DNA of 64,000 nt from Lepidodermella squamata (taxonomy: Eukaryota; Animalia; Gastrotricha): positions 2,046,001 to 2,110,000 of the forward strand of contig JBLDXI010000032.1 of NCBI GenBank assembly GCA_047495785.1, read 5' to 3'. The notes under the pieces were generated by a model, which was given only the letters and a program-made list of their open reading frames with translations, had not been told where the DNA came from and searched no databases. The position numbers and the translations under genes were made by a program. Positions 24,336 to 36,644 of this stretch are shown here, in pieces; positions within the stretch are counted from its first letter, which is position 1, and the number at the start of each line of letters is the position of its first letter.

Positions 24336-27146
24336 TTAGAACAGCTTGGCAATGGCGAACAAGACAGCGGCGAAGAGAGCATCGAAACGGATGGACGAGG
24401 CAGCGCCGCGCAGGAAGCCGCCGTTGCCACCTCGGATGATGTTGCTGCCACCGTACAAGGTCGACTGGGTGAGGTCACCCTGGCTGCAAGAGCCATCAGG
24501 AACGCGAGGAGCGATGATAGAGCCTGGTTAGAAAAAACGAAAAAATTACTTAAAAATTCGGAAATTGTAGATGATAGACTTACGGCAAGTTCCGAGGTCT
24601 TCGTCGTCGTTGTTGTAGTCGGCCGGGCAGCGCATGCAGACGAGGCCACGGTCGCAGACCAGCGGCAACTTGTACTTGTTGTTATCGACGACCGGGTAGT
24701 TGGTCGCAACAGTGTTGACACCGCCCCAGTTGCTCCAGTTATTGTTGTTGTTGTAGTTGTTATTGTTGTTGGTGACGTAGTTGACAAAGTTGGTGACAGG
24801 GTTCTGGCAGCCGTACAGCAAGTTGGTGCAGCTCCACTCGGCGGGGCGGAGGTGGCACTCCTGGTTCTTGCCGACGATGGTGACGTTGCGGAAGCAGAAT
24901 GTGGTTGTGGTGATGGAGGCCGATGAGACTTCATCATCGCCGCCGTTGTTGATGGTCGCCGAGTTGATGCCAACGGCGCGCAGGTTGTTCGGGCAGCCGC
25001 AGACACCCTGGATGCAAGATCCGCCGCAGCAGTCCTGCTCGGTGGCGCAACGGTCGCCGAAGGTGCGGGCGCGGCACGTGGCGCCGTCCCAGAACAGGCT
25101 GCCGGATGACGAGCGGGCCTCGCAGCCAGCGTACGAGCTTGAGCAGGTCGACGTCTGGGCGCAAGTGCAGACTTTGTTGAGGCAGACAAGGCCCTTGGTG
25201 ACGTCGCAGATGCGGCGCGGGATGCGGTAGTCCTGTTCGTCGCACGCCTGGTTGTAGCCAACAATGTTGAACAGAATGCCGGACTTGTCGTCGTTGCGGA
25301 TGCAGTTGCCGTCCTTGTCTTCGATGAGCGGCAGCTTGCACTTGATGGTGCCCCAGGCGTAGCCAGCATAGCCTCCAATATCGGTGTCGGGCACGCACTC
25401 CTTATCGGCGTCCCAGTTCTCGTTGTTGATGTACCACGGGTGCAGGCCGTTGTTAGACGGGATGCAACGATCGCCGAGCCACAGTTGACGCATCGGGGCG
25501 CATCGGCTGAAGCGATCCTTCCAGAAGCCATTGCCGTTCTGGCAGTCGCAAACACCACGTTCGCACGGAGGATCGACCAAGCCTTGGAAGCGGTTGCATT
25601 GACCCTGTAAAATTTTTGAAAATTAATGGAATGAATTGAAATTTAAAATGTAAAAAATCCTCCTTAATTTTAATTTTTTTTTTAAATTAATTGTTTAATT
25701 TTTAAATTAATTTTAAATTAATTAATTAAAAATATTTTAATTTAAATAATTTTTTATATTTTATACAGGGTAAATATTTTTTTCTCACCTGGAATCCGCA
25801 CTGGCCATCACTGCCGCAGGTCATTTCGCGGCAGACACCAATAGCCGCAACGTAGGCGGTCGTAGCATCAGCAGAGACGGTCGCATCACCAGTGCCGACA
25901 ACAGTGCCGGTGCTGAAAACAGAGCCGGTGTTGCCAACTGCAACGTTAACAGTCGAGTTATCGCCCCGCCAGACGTTGGCGCTGTCCGACTCAGCCCACG
26001 CGTAGTTGTAGTAGCCACGAGCGTCGTACGTCGATCCAACAGTAGCATAGCGGGCAATGTCGAGGCCGGTGAAGCCAGTGCGCTGGCCCCAGCACAGGTG
26101 GCAGAAGGCGCGCGAGTGGCAGACGCGGGTCGTGGTCTTGTCGGCGAACTGGTGCGGGTGGACGGTGCAGGCGGTTCCGGTCGGCGCCCAGGAGACGGCG
26201 TCCTCGTGGATGCAGATGCGGCGGGTGTAGGTCGTCGACGAGGTGTGGTTCCAGAACAAGTTGTCGTAGGGTTCGAATCCACGCGAGCAGCGGCACCGGC
26301 CATATCGGCACTCGAAGCCGGTGTTCGAGATGAGACCAGAGTTGCAGTCCTCGTTTTCGGTGCAGAGATCGCCGTAGACACGGGACCGGCACGCGCCGAT
26401 GCGCTGGTCGAACACGCTGTAACGGTCTGTGCACAGGCACTGGTTGTACTGGGTGGTCGGGCCGCGTTGTTGGCAGGAGAGGCCTCGGCTGCCATCGCAG
26501 CAGTTGGTCGTGCCATCGCAGGCCTGGCTCCACGAGACGGTGTTGCAGCGGACGGTCGGCTGGATAACGGGCTGGATGTACGGCGCAGGTTGGTAGGTCG
26601 GGACGGGCGCGGCGACGCACATGTTGTTGCGTTCGATGTACGACGGCTCGTTGCAGATGACAATACCGCCCTGGCAGCGCATGTCGAAGCGGATGATTTC
26701 CCAGACGTTGCCTGTACATTGCTGGCGCAGGGTGAGGTTGATGCGCCCGACGCAGGTGCCGTTCGGGGCGATGACGTAGTTGTCAATGCAGACGCAGGTG
26801 CCGACGTGGGGGCACGGCGGCCAGATGAGCGGGTAGTTCCAGTGGTCGGGCATTTGGCATCGTTGGTTAACACAGCAGTCGGCTTGCTTCCTGCACGTGT
26901 TGCCTCCAACATTGTTGTTGGTGGTGATGGCAGAGCTGATGGCTCCGAACACGGTAGCAATATCGCTAGACGAAATTTGCGCCTCAGCTAAAAATCAATT
27001 GAATTATTAAAATATTAAGGAGGATTTATTTAATATCACTCACCGGCAGCGATTGCCAACGCCGCGATGACAATGGCTATTCTCTGAAGAAAAAAATCGA
27101 AATATATCGATACCGATACTTGTCCAATCGAATTTCGACTTACCAT
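24336..27146 (-). CDS. GPI-anchored Cys-rich (EB-module-like) surface protein, paralog C, with Asn-rich insert
   Basis: ATG-only first coding exon (27146-27144), then 27083-27044, 26987-25789, 25604-24584, 24523-24336. Signal peptide MRIAIVIAALAIAAAEA; shared Cys modules; C-terminus GAASSIRFDALFAAVLFAIAKLF*. Confidence 0.8.
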
Positions 27147-28049
27147 GTTCTTGTATGTGTTGAGCGTCAAGTTGACGACGGAGATAACTTGAAGAATGAG
27201 GATTTGCAGGCGATGTATGCCGGGCGCATCTTAAGACGCGCAAAACACGGTTGCTTGGCGATTTCCACGTGTTGCCTGGCACGTGGGGTAAATATTTGCG
27301 TCGACAGCCATGGCGAGCTTTCACGGCATTCAGCGACCATGCCGCTCTCAGTTATAAGAATTTGGGGGTAGGCGAAAGTAGGCCGCGGCTTTGAGGCGTG
27401 CCTTCAACGGTTGCTAAGCGGCTTTTTATAGAAGAGCTGGGTGCCATTGCCTAGGCATCGGCGGTGTGTTCAATTCCAGGGGCCGCGGATAAACTGAAAA
27501 AAATTGTCGCGTGGAATACGCCTACGCTCAAAAGAAGGTTGTGCATTACAGTCAAAACTCATAGAATTATAATACATTCTGAAGTGCTATTTTTGCCGAA
27601 AACATGGACATCATCTGTGAATACGGCTTCAATGTTTCTCTAGACGGTTTTCACTTGAATTTTATGACGTTCTAGTTTACATTAAGGTCAAAGCAATATA
27701 ATCATTTTTACATTCCATCGCTCGCGTGATGACCTAGGTCGCAACAAAAGCTGTACTTCAATAAAAGCCACAGGCTAATTGAAAGCTGATTCATAAATCT
27801 CACTTTTGCTGGAAGTTTTTTTTTTATTTGGGAACATTTAAATAAAAGATAGAAAAAATATGAAAAATACCCAACAATAGGTATATTAAAATTATAAGAA
27901 ATTCCTTATTTTTTATTCAAGAAATTCAAGAAATTTTATCGAAGAAATACATCTAAGAGCTATAAAGGTTAAACTTTTAGCCACATCCGTCTCAAAAGTG
28001 CGTTTAAAATGAAAAAAATTGCGTTAAAACCGGACGTTTTCAGGCTGAA

Positions 28050-28295
28050 TTATTCGGATTTCTCAACTTTGCTCAGCTCATGAATCGAGTAGGTGAACTC
28101 TTTCAGATCGATAAAACCATCGCCATCGGAGTCGAATTCCCCCCACACAAAGTCAACAACATCCTCAGGTATGCCACTGCCAAGCAATGCGACGATAGCT
28201 ACACTCAGTTCTTCCCTCGTAATTTTGCCAGACTTGTTCTTGTCGATTTCCTGAAACACCCGCTTGATTTCAGCTTCCCCAAGGCTTATTGACAT
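28050..28295 (-). CDS. Small two-EF-hand calcium-binding protein (copy 1)
   Basis: Canonical loops DKNKSGKITREE and DSDGDGFIDLKE; intronless. Confidence 0.9.
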   Translation of the reverse strand: MSISLGEAEIKRVFQEIDKNKSGKITREELSVAIVALLGSGIPEDVVDFVWGEFDSDGDGFIDLKEFTYSIHELSKVEKSE

Positions 28296-28816
28296 GCTTC
28301 AAATTTCCTAGAGTTGAAAAAAACAAGAGCTTAATGCTCAATTCTTCAATGCCTTTAGCTTCGGCACGTTACACAAAATATATACGCGAGCAGGAATTGT
28401 GAGTAGAATTTCATCAAAAATGCCCACTCATTTTATTGTACAATTTGTTGAACCATTAGATAGCTCGTGAAATCAGGTGGAAAGGACTGAAAAGATCTCC
28501 TAAGCTAAGGTCAAACTGCAATGATGAAATCCTGTGACCCGGGAATGATAACGAAGTGAATATCTGAATGGAGACTCAAAGGAAATCCAGCTACAAATGA
28601 AAGATAAGAAGGTGCCAATACAGAAATACCGGTTAAAAATAGATATCAGGCACCTTTTCACAAGACTATGCGTTATAGGGTAATATTTTATTCAACATAT
28701 TAGAACATTATTCCATACAAATAAACAAATATAATATATTTTCCTAAAATGAATCTGAATATTTGACCTATTTTCACGAATAAATTAATGTCATCATGCA
28801 TATGTGCGAAGCGAGA

Positions 28817-29062
28817 TCAATCTTTTTTAGCGGCAATACCGCAAATGGCGCTCACAAATTCTTCGAAGACGATGAACCCGTCGTTGTCCGAATCGAACTG
28901 CTGCCACATAACGTCGATGAACGTTTGCGAGACTGAATCAGGAATTGTTTTCACGACGGCTTGCTCGAATTCGTCCTTGGTTATTTTACCAGACTTGTCG
29001 GCGTCCATTTCGTCGAAGGTTTTCCTCAGCTCCTCCAGTTTTTCAGCGCTGGGCGGTGACAT
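28817..29062 (-). CDS. Small two-EF-hand calcium-binding protein (copy 2)
   Basis: Loops DADKSGKITKDE and DSDNDGFIVFEE. Confidence 0.9.
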   Translation of the reverse strand: MSPPSAEKLEELRKTFDEMDADKSGKITKDEFEQAVVKTIPDSVSQTFIDVMWQQFDSDNDGFIVFEEFVSAICGIAAKKD

Positions 29063-30240
29063 TATCTCGATTTTCTTTTATGAAAAACGCAGCTAGTGCA
29101 AGTTGATAGAAAAATCTGATTTTTCGAACGGAAAAATTTATCCTTTAATATTTGTGAAGATATCAAGCCAATGCGCATTCGAGCAATTGAAGGAAGTCAA
29201 TTATCCCTTAAGCTAGCTGAGTGTCGCTTCCTTCCGCGACGCCAAGGCAGCTTAGTGTGAATCAAGAGAAAACATTACAGAAGGCAGCTAATATATATAT
29301 TTTATATTTGGAGAATGAAGAGCACTCATCTCCGGTCAACTCAGATACCTGAAATAATTTATTGATGAATTTAAAAGCCGGTCACGTGTTATATCTAAAG
29401 TGATGATTATTTTTATTCGTTATTCAAACTTAAGGATGCTTAGAATGAGGTGTACCGCAGGTATGTACCCTGATTTTTAGGTTCCAGCGCAGGATTTTTC
29501 CAAAAAAAAATCTATAATAATATGCATCTTTCTTATCGATTTCCCAATTCGATATTAAAAATCAGTGATTTTTCCGATATCTGTCAGTAACCAACATTAC
29601 AAAATTATCGGTGACTAACAAATAAAAATTCGAAAAATGCTCAAATTTAAAAATAAAAATTTGAGAATAAATAAGCAAGCAATGTTTTATTTCCAAAAAT
29701 TAAAGTTAAGCACCGGCCACGGGTGGGCTTATGGCGCATCAGACATATATAACTCGTACGTGTGTTTTCTGCATACAGGATAGGATAATATTATAATGAT
29801 TCTGATTATTTTACTAATTAATTGTTGGTAGGGTAGGTGTGAATTTTTAACGTTGTGCGATAAGTGTTAGCTAAATTCAGTATTTTGTTGATTGTTACGC
29901 CATTTACAGATTTACAAGATATAATTACAGCATTAATTCGATTAATCGCATCATCATTTGGCATTTCATGGAGGATATTATCAGTCGGACCGTTAGTGTG
30001 CTCACAGCTCAAACACAGGTGGAAAAGCAGATCCATGATTTCATTCTACTAAATTCAATGAATTTGAGAATAAATAAAAAATGTAGAATGCTTAAATTCT
30101 CAGTTGGTAAATATTCTGTGGTATGTAGCAAATCCTCATGTCATGTGGAGAACCTAAGAGTTACCTGGCTAGCAAGGCCAGCCGTGGCCGGTTTCGGGGG
30201 CGAGAAACAAGCTTAAAATTCAACAAATGACTCTTAATAG

Positions 30241-30547
30241 GCCTATTCCATTCAGCCACCCTCGCTTCTAGCTGTTTCTTTATTCTTTGTCTTTTTACCA
30301 GTTTCCAGCGCTAACTTTCCATTCCGGAGGAGTTATCAATGGTGACTTGAGATTCCAGACTAAAAATCGAACGATTCTACACATACTTTACTAGCTTACT
30401 TTCATCGTTCTGTTTGCAGTCCGAAATCAAGCCTCCTCCGAATGACTCCGGATAACTCCTCCTGAATGGAAAGTTAGCGGATAAAACTGGGCAAACGGCA
30501 AAATGAGAGAAACAGAAAGAAGCGAGGGTAGCTGAAAGGAATAAGTG
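30241..30547. mobile_element. Old diverged MITE (long imperfect inverted repeats)
   Basis: ...tattccattcagccaccctcgcttc...gctaactttccattccggaggagttatc pairs with gataactcctcctgaatggaaagttagc...gaagcgagggtagctgaaaggaata; TA flanks. Confidence 0.65.
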
Positions 30548-31052
30548 TAGAAAGAGTTATTATTATAGATTATAAGATGATAGGATAGGCAATCGCACTA
30601 CCCTAACCCTAGCATACCTGCATACCTGCGTGGTAAATGCATGGCAAGCATAAAATTACCAAGACAAACTGGATGGAAACTTGCTGATACATTAGATAGT
30701 GAAAAAGTGTAAATTGACAACAACTCTGAACCGCATTTTCCTTTTAAAATTATCCTGACGCGTCATTTTTGACTCGCGCATCATGGTCCAAAAAATGCTT
30801 CGTCCCCGGTGTTTTAGGAGTGTGGGTTTTTCTAACAACTACGTCTTACACGTCATTTTTCTCTAGAAAATATGTTTCAACTAATTTCTGATGCGTCATA
30901 TTACTTCATTTATTAGTAAAAACTCATTTTATTCCGCTTCCTTTTCAAAATAAGGAAAGCGTCAATCCGTTTTTCGTCCTTACGCGTCAGTTTTCTTACA
31001 GTGATCAGAATCAGATCAGAATTAAATTTCCAAGCAAGAGGAGAAGGAATTT

Positions 31053-31475
31053 TTAGGCTGTGTCAGCTTTGGCTTTCTCAGCTGCCTGAGATGCACAGGA
31101 AGCGTATAGGAACTCGTCAAAGTCGATGAGGCCATCTTTATCGGTATCAGTTCGGTCCCACATCATATCGATGAAAAACTGAGGAGCATCCGGAATGTTA
31201 TCAGCAAAGAATTGCTCAAATTCGACTTTGCTTATCTTGCCAGACTTGTCCTTGTCCATGGCATCAAACTGCTGCTTCAGAGCTTCGAGTTGAGCCGGCG
31301 GTATCGTGCTTTTGTCGATTGATGCAGGTTTGTTCTTGTCCATCTCTTCGAAAACTTCTTTCGCTGCGCCTTTAAGTCCTTCTTGCAACGTGTTCATGTC
31401 TTTACTCAGGTCATCTAAACCATCCACGATATCCTGCAGTTGAGTCTCGGTAGATGAAGCGATTTTATCAGACAT
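31053..31475 (-). CDS. Two-EF-hand protein with acidic helical N-terminal extension (copy 3)
   Basis: ATG at 31475; loops DKDKSGKISKVE and DTDKDGLIDFDE; TATA-like sequence near 31581. Confidence 0.88.
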   Translation of the reverse strand: MSDKIASSTETQLQDIVDGLDDLSKDMNTLQEGLKGAAKEVFEEMDKNKPASIDKSTIPPAQLEALKQQFDAMDKDKSGKISKVEFEQFFADNIPDAPQFFIDMMWDRTDTDKDGLIDFDEFLYASCASQAAEKAKADTA

Positions 31476-31613
31476 TTTGTCACTGCTCAGGTGATAGATC
31501 AAAATATAAGAAAAAATATGTACGGAGCTATATGTAGAATTAGAACTGTGATGAGCAATTAAAAATAAACAAGGGATGCTTATAAATTATTGAGCTTTGA
31601 ATTTCGGTGCTTT

Positions 31614-32338
31614 CCCAGACCGGCATTTGCACTGCAGAACAACGCCGAACACAGGGGCTGAAAATGTCTGCCGAACAAAGGGGTGAAATCGAATTGTACT
31701 GACTTGTTCGGCTTTTTTCCGCAAATTTGTTCGGACTTGTTCGGAATTCTTCAAGGAAAATAATTTCAGCCAAAAAATATAAAAATCTGCGCGAAGGCTG
31801 TGGGAGTTGAACCATCGTTCTCACACTCCTAACCCAGCCTCTCTCACCACTAAGCCATCTACTCTCTTGAAATCAGTGACCGATTTCTTGCTATTTAACT
31901 GAGTGGGTGCAAATCGAAACTTGGAAACTATGATGGCTACGAAAATTCTGAAAAAGCCATTAGATTCAGCGTGTCCGCTTTCATTTTCTTTATGGACTTT
32001 CTTTGCTGGCAAGAGCGTAGGTGCCCACCGATGTTCAGTATTGAGTTATTCAGTTAAATAGCAAGAAATCGGTCACTGATTTCAAGAGAGTAGATGGCTT
32101 AGTGGTGAGAGAGGCTGGGTTAGGAGTGTGAGAACGATGGTTCAACTCCCACAGCCTTCGCGCAGATTTTTATATTTTTTGGCTGAAATTATTTTCCTTG
32201 AAGAATTCCGAACAAGTCCGAACAAATTTGCGGAAAAAAGCCGAACAAGTCAGTACAATTCGATTTCACCCCTTTGTTCGGCAGACATTTTCAGCCCCTG
32301 TGTTCGGCGTTGTTCTGCAGTGCAAATGCCGGTCTGGG
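31614..32338. mobile_element. Young non-autonomous foldback DNA transposon (CMC/EnSpm-like CCCAG termini, TT flanks) with ~289-bp near-perfect TIRs
   Basis: 31614-31902 is the reverse complement of 32050-32338; the ORF track gives the same peptide on both strands. Confidence 0.88.
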
Positions 32339-33004
32339 TTGCAGCAATTTTGTCAGCCATATCTGGTGTGTGCCGCGTTCTACTTTATTTGAAGCTTTTT
32401 ACTTTGTGGAAGACTCTTTCAAAAAATCTTGAAGATGACTGAAGGGTATAAAGGAATAGGAAGGAACTAATTGAATTTTACTAAATGTCGCTAAAATTGG
32501 GAAAAAATCTGCCAATTATGTAGACAAGTATTTAAATCAGCAAAGCTCTGTATATAAAATTTAGTATTATTATATAGGCTCAACAAATACTATAAGGGCT
32601 ATACAGGCTGAAAGCTGAAAGCTCGCCTTATGAATTTTTTCATTCGCGCGGCACAAATGCGGAGTTCTTTCCACGCGTGCTATTTACTTTATAGGTTTAC
32701 TCAGGAAAAAATGTAATAAAAGGAAGATTTATACATGACAGAAATCATGTGTGGCGTTTTTTGCTCTCTTTGGCTACTATTTTTACCGAAAATGCCAAGG
32801 AATTCAGGAATAAGTTGCCTCCACAAGGGGCGAATATGTCAATATTATATATTATAGCTTTTATCTTCCTCATTTAAAAATAGGTTAACTAATGCTGTTT
32901 TTATTTTTAAATTTCAAACGATGAAGGGATCAAACAGTTCAGATGAAAAGCGTATAAGTGCACTTTAAAAAAGAGTAGTTTGTTCAAAATTGAAAAATGC
33001 CGCG

Positions 33005-33256
33005 CTATGGCATATTTTCGTGGACTTCGCGAATTCCTCCGATGAATTCATCCACGTCGATGAACCCATCCATGTCTCGGTCGAAATTTTCCCAAGCGGC
33101 AACTACCAGAAATTCTCCTAGGTCTTCTCCAAACAGCTGGGTCACGGCAGCCTTGAATTGCGCCTGGGTCAACTTCCCAGTCTTTTCCTTGTCATGCTCG
33201 TAAAATACCTTCTTATAAGACTCAACGGCTTCGTCAGTTATCTTACTCCTGGACAT
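33005..33256 (-). CDS. Small two-EF-hand protein (copy 4), EF1 non-canonical
   Basis: Loops DKEKTGKLTQAQ and DRDMDGFIDVDE. Confidence 0.88.
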   Translation of the reverse strand: MSRSKITDEAVESYKKVFYEHDKEKTGKLTQAQFKAAVTQLFGEDLGEFLVVAAWENFDRDMDGFIDVDEFIGGIREVHENMP

Positions 33257-34774
33257 GATATCTTAAATATCTAAAGCAATGTATGAAAATGTGTAACTTG
33301 ATTTGATTAAGAACATAGGTCTTATAAGACTAAAAATTATGGAGAAACGAAATTCAAGTAAAGGAAATTTCTGTAGCAGGGTTAGACTGGCCGTTAGGCC
33401 TTTTCACTGCCTACAACGGTATTCTTAGCAGATCATTTATTTTCGGACGACAATGCACCCTTTTCATTGCTGTAGCGCAAATCAGGTAACAATTGTTCTG
33501 CGTATTTCTGACAGAGCGTAAATTATTAGTGGATCGCTGCTGCAACCGGCGGCAGTGAAAGGGCTGACACCATACAACGCAAATCGCTCGCATAACATAA
33601 CAACATATTATAGCATTTCATACAGTGGAAGGGTCAGTCACATCGAGAAGGCGCGGGTTGCATGAATCATCACACTATATTCCGGTAGCGCCAATATGCG
33701 CCAGTGAGCGCCGGTACTTGAAACCCGCTGCGCGGGAATGCGAGTTGGTATTTGCACAACAACAATAGAACAATAGAGACTTTTACTATTCCTTCAAGGT
33801 CAGCACGGCTCTTTATTATTGCTCACTATCAGTGGGCAAAGGGCAAGTGGCGCAGCGTGATGTCCGGTCGAATGTGCGCACGTAACACCCCTCGTTGTCC
33901 AATAATAAGCGCAGCCTGAGTCGTAGCGCGCGTCAAAAATGCCTGATTTTTCACTTTTTGTCATTTTATTCGATCAGTTGCATTCTAACGGAAATTATGC
34001 AAGACTGTAGGCCAATTTCTTGGTATAAATCGAGCTGCGGGCTATACATCGGCGATTTTAGATTTTCCGACAAAATTACCAGTCTTATAAAAAAATTCGG
34101 CAAAAATGCCTGTAATTTTTTCTTATTTTCGATATAACTTGACAACAGTTAATGATATCAAAATAATTTCAATTTCTTCAGGTTCTAATCGAGATAATGA
34201 GCATTTCATTAAAAGAGTGCGATCCGTTATGAGTTACCGTTGTTGAGAAACATTTCATAACATATTTGCATGGGGTAATGATGGCGTTAAAAATAGGTCG
34301 CGGGCGGGCGCAACATAGCTCAATTTTCCATGATATCGGAATAGCTCCATTAGCATAAGTAATCCTCGTGAACAAACCCATCTAATAAAGAATCGAAAAT
34401 CCGAATTACCGCTATTCACAAACAATAAGTAATTTGCATTGCCTGATACAGGATAGCTAAAAGATTTTAAAATGTTTATGGAGAGTTTGAGTAAAAAAAT
34501 GTAGGTCAAGGAAATCTCTACTTGTACAGCTCCATGCTAGGCTTATAAAGGTTACACCGGCCATTGGGTGCTTTTTTCTTCTGTCAAGCGCTGTACTACC
34601 AGAGACGTTGCCACAATTATTTACTTTAATCGGGTGAAAAAACGCGAAAAATTGCCATCACGTGATATAAAGCGGGGGTTTACGTGGCAGAAAATATTAT
34701 ACTTGAAGCTTGCAACATGCAAGCGTGCTCCTGGTCCTGGATCATATCGTTAGCGTCGTTGAATAACTCGGATT

Positions 34775-34906
34775 TAGGCTTGTTTACATCCATGTAAAAA
34801 TCACGGGCGACAAGTAAAAAGCGGCGTTTTTAGCGCGATAAAGAGACGCACACAAAAGACTTTTTACAAGTCACCTCTCACCTTGAAACGAAAGTAAACA
34901 AGCCTA
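34775..34906. mobile_element. Tiny MITE
   Basis: TAGGCTTGTTTAC ... GTAAACAAGCCTA terminal inverted repeats; absent from the paralogous upstream unit at ~36150. Confidence 0.6.
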
Positions 34907-35214
34907 TAACGCGATATAACGCAATCGTTGCTGGCGTTTAAAAAATGTGCGGTTTAACCACACCTTTGCCTGATTTTTTTTCTTTCAAGCGCCTTATATT
35001 GCCAGTTAGCTGCAATTTATTGCCTCAGTCAACAGATACACCTTTTTTGCATTTGCATTTTTTGCGAACCTAGCTGCACTGGCGTCTTCATTTTCCAAAT
35101 CTTATAGCGGTTATTTTTATTTTTAAATCTTAAATGATACGGTTCAAATGAAAAGTGTATAGTTGCACTTTCAAAAAATCAAAGTAATAAAATATATTTT
35201 AGTTCAAAATTGAA

Positions 35215-35481
35215 TCATGGCATCAACTCGTGGATTTCGCGTATTCCTCCGATGAATTCATTCACGTCAATTTGCCCATCATTGTCGCGGTCGAACTTGG
35301 CCCAAGCAGCAGCTACCAAAAATTCTCCAATGCCTTCTCCAAACAACTCGTTCACAGCATCCTTGAATTGCGCCTGGGTCAACTTCCCAGTCTTTTCCTT
35401 GTCATGCTCGTTAAATACTTTCTTATAAGACTCAATGTCTTCTTCAGTTATCTTACTCTTAGTACTCTCTTCGTCAGACAT
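35215..35481 (-). CDS. Small two-EF-hand protein (copy 5), close paralog of copy 4
   Basis: ATG at 35481 (MSDEESTKSKIT...); loops DKEKTGKLTQAQ and DRDNDGQIDVNE. Confidence 0.88.
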   Translation of the reverse strand: MSDEESTKSKITEEDIESYKKVFNEHDKEKTGKLTQAQFKDAVNELFGEGIGEFLVAAAWAKFDRDNDGQIDVNEFIGGIREIHELMP

Positions 35482-35637
35482 GATTTCAAAAATAATATCT
35501 AAAGCAAAATATGAACATTTGATTTGATTAAAAACATAGGTCTTATTAGACTGTATCTGCAGTGTTTTGCAGTTTAACCCTTTCACGAATGCATGTTATC
35601 AATAATGTTTTTCAGTTGATAATCGAAAAATGCGGCG

Positions 35638-35848
35638 TTATGGCCATTCGATTGAACCGACGCCTTCGACGAATTCCTCCACGTCAATGAACCCATCACC
35701 GTCGCGGTCGAACATGGGCCAAGCAGCAGATATCAATGCCATCCTGCTTGAAGAGCTCGTTTAAAGCCTGCTTGAATTGCGCTCCTGGTTAACCTTCCAG
35801 TCTTTATGACCTCCTTAGGCTCATAGTTTCGCCTTCAGTTGCCGACAT
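35638..35848 (-). pseudogene. EF-hand pseudogene (copy 6)
   Basis: Frameshifted remnant still encoding AQFKQALNELF and AAWPMFDRDGDGFIDVEEF; in-frame stop early; upstream DNA homologous to that of copies 4 and 5. Confidence 0.8.
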
Positions 35849-36644
35849 AATATCTATCTAAAGGAAAAAATGAAAATTTCTTGGTACTTGACTTGATTAA
35901 AAACATAGGTCGGAATTATACATCTTATGGAAGAAATATATGTCAAAGAAATCTCTGCTTGTACAGCTCCATGCTAGGCCTATAAGGGTTACACCGGCCT
36001 TGGGTGATTTTTTTTCTGTCAAGTGCCGTATTGCCAGAGGCGCTGCCACAATAATTTAATTTGGACTTTGGTCGGGTGAAAAAACGCGAAAAATTGCCAT
36101 CACGTGATAAAACGGAGGTTTACGTGGCAGAAAAAATTATACTTGAGGTTTGCTTGAGGTTTGAAAATATGTGCGGTTTAACGCCTTTGCCTGATTTTTT
36201 CCTTTCAAGCGCCGTACAATGCCAGAGGGCTATTTATTGCCACAGTTAACGGGCAAGAGTATAACTCGGATGAAAAAAACCTAAGAAAAATTGCGTGGGC
36301 AGAATTCGAGGCATGCCGGCGCGGTGTGTTACACAGTAAAAAACGCTTGAATTCATGCCCTCATTAGCGAGCTTACAGGTGATCCTTGTAATTTATGCCC
36401 TGTTGCGTATTCATACGTAAGTATATTCTATTCCCTGTTGCGACAGGAGAAAAGAGCTGCAATGACATGGCTTTTTCGCGCTTTTGATTTTTATCAAGTC
36501 AAGTACCAATTTGACGACCATTGAGTTGTATTTATTTGTAAATAATGTAAATTATCAGAAAGCCATCATTTAAGATGAAAAGCTAACCAAACGCCATGAT
36601 GTAAACGCAAGAAGTGAATCAATGTTTCAATTAATGATCGGCTT

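Noticed and set aside
20300-27000. Long overlapping alternative-frame and antisense ORFs (e.g. 24200-25558, 25821-26960, 26098-26991, 21693-22415)
   Set aside because: By-products of strong GC3 codon bias in paralogs B and C; low-complexity Ala/Ser/Thr/Arg translations with no motifs.
32087-32157. Possible tRNA gene
   Set aside because: Has A and B boxes but no acceptor or anticodon stem pairing; part of a TIR.
31540-32442. Two ORFs with identical N-termini on opposite strands
   Set aside because: Artefact of the transposon's inverted repeats; GTG starts and no domain.
36432-36450. Helitron-mediated capture as the cause of the segmental duplication
   Set aside because: A hairpin lies at the breakpoint, but no CTRR 3' end or TC 5' end is evident.
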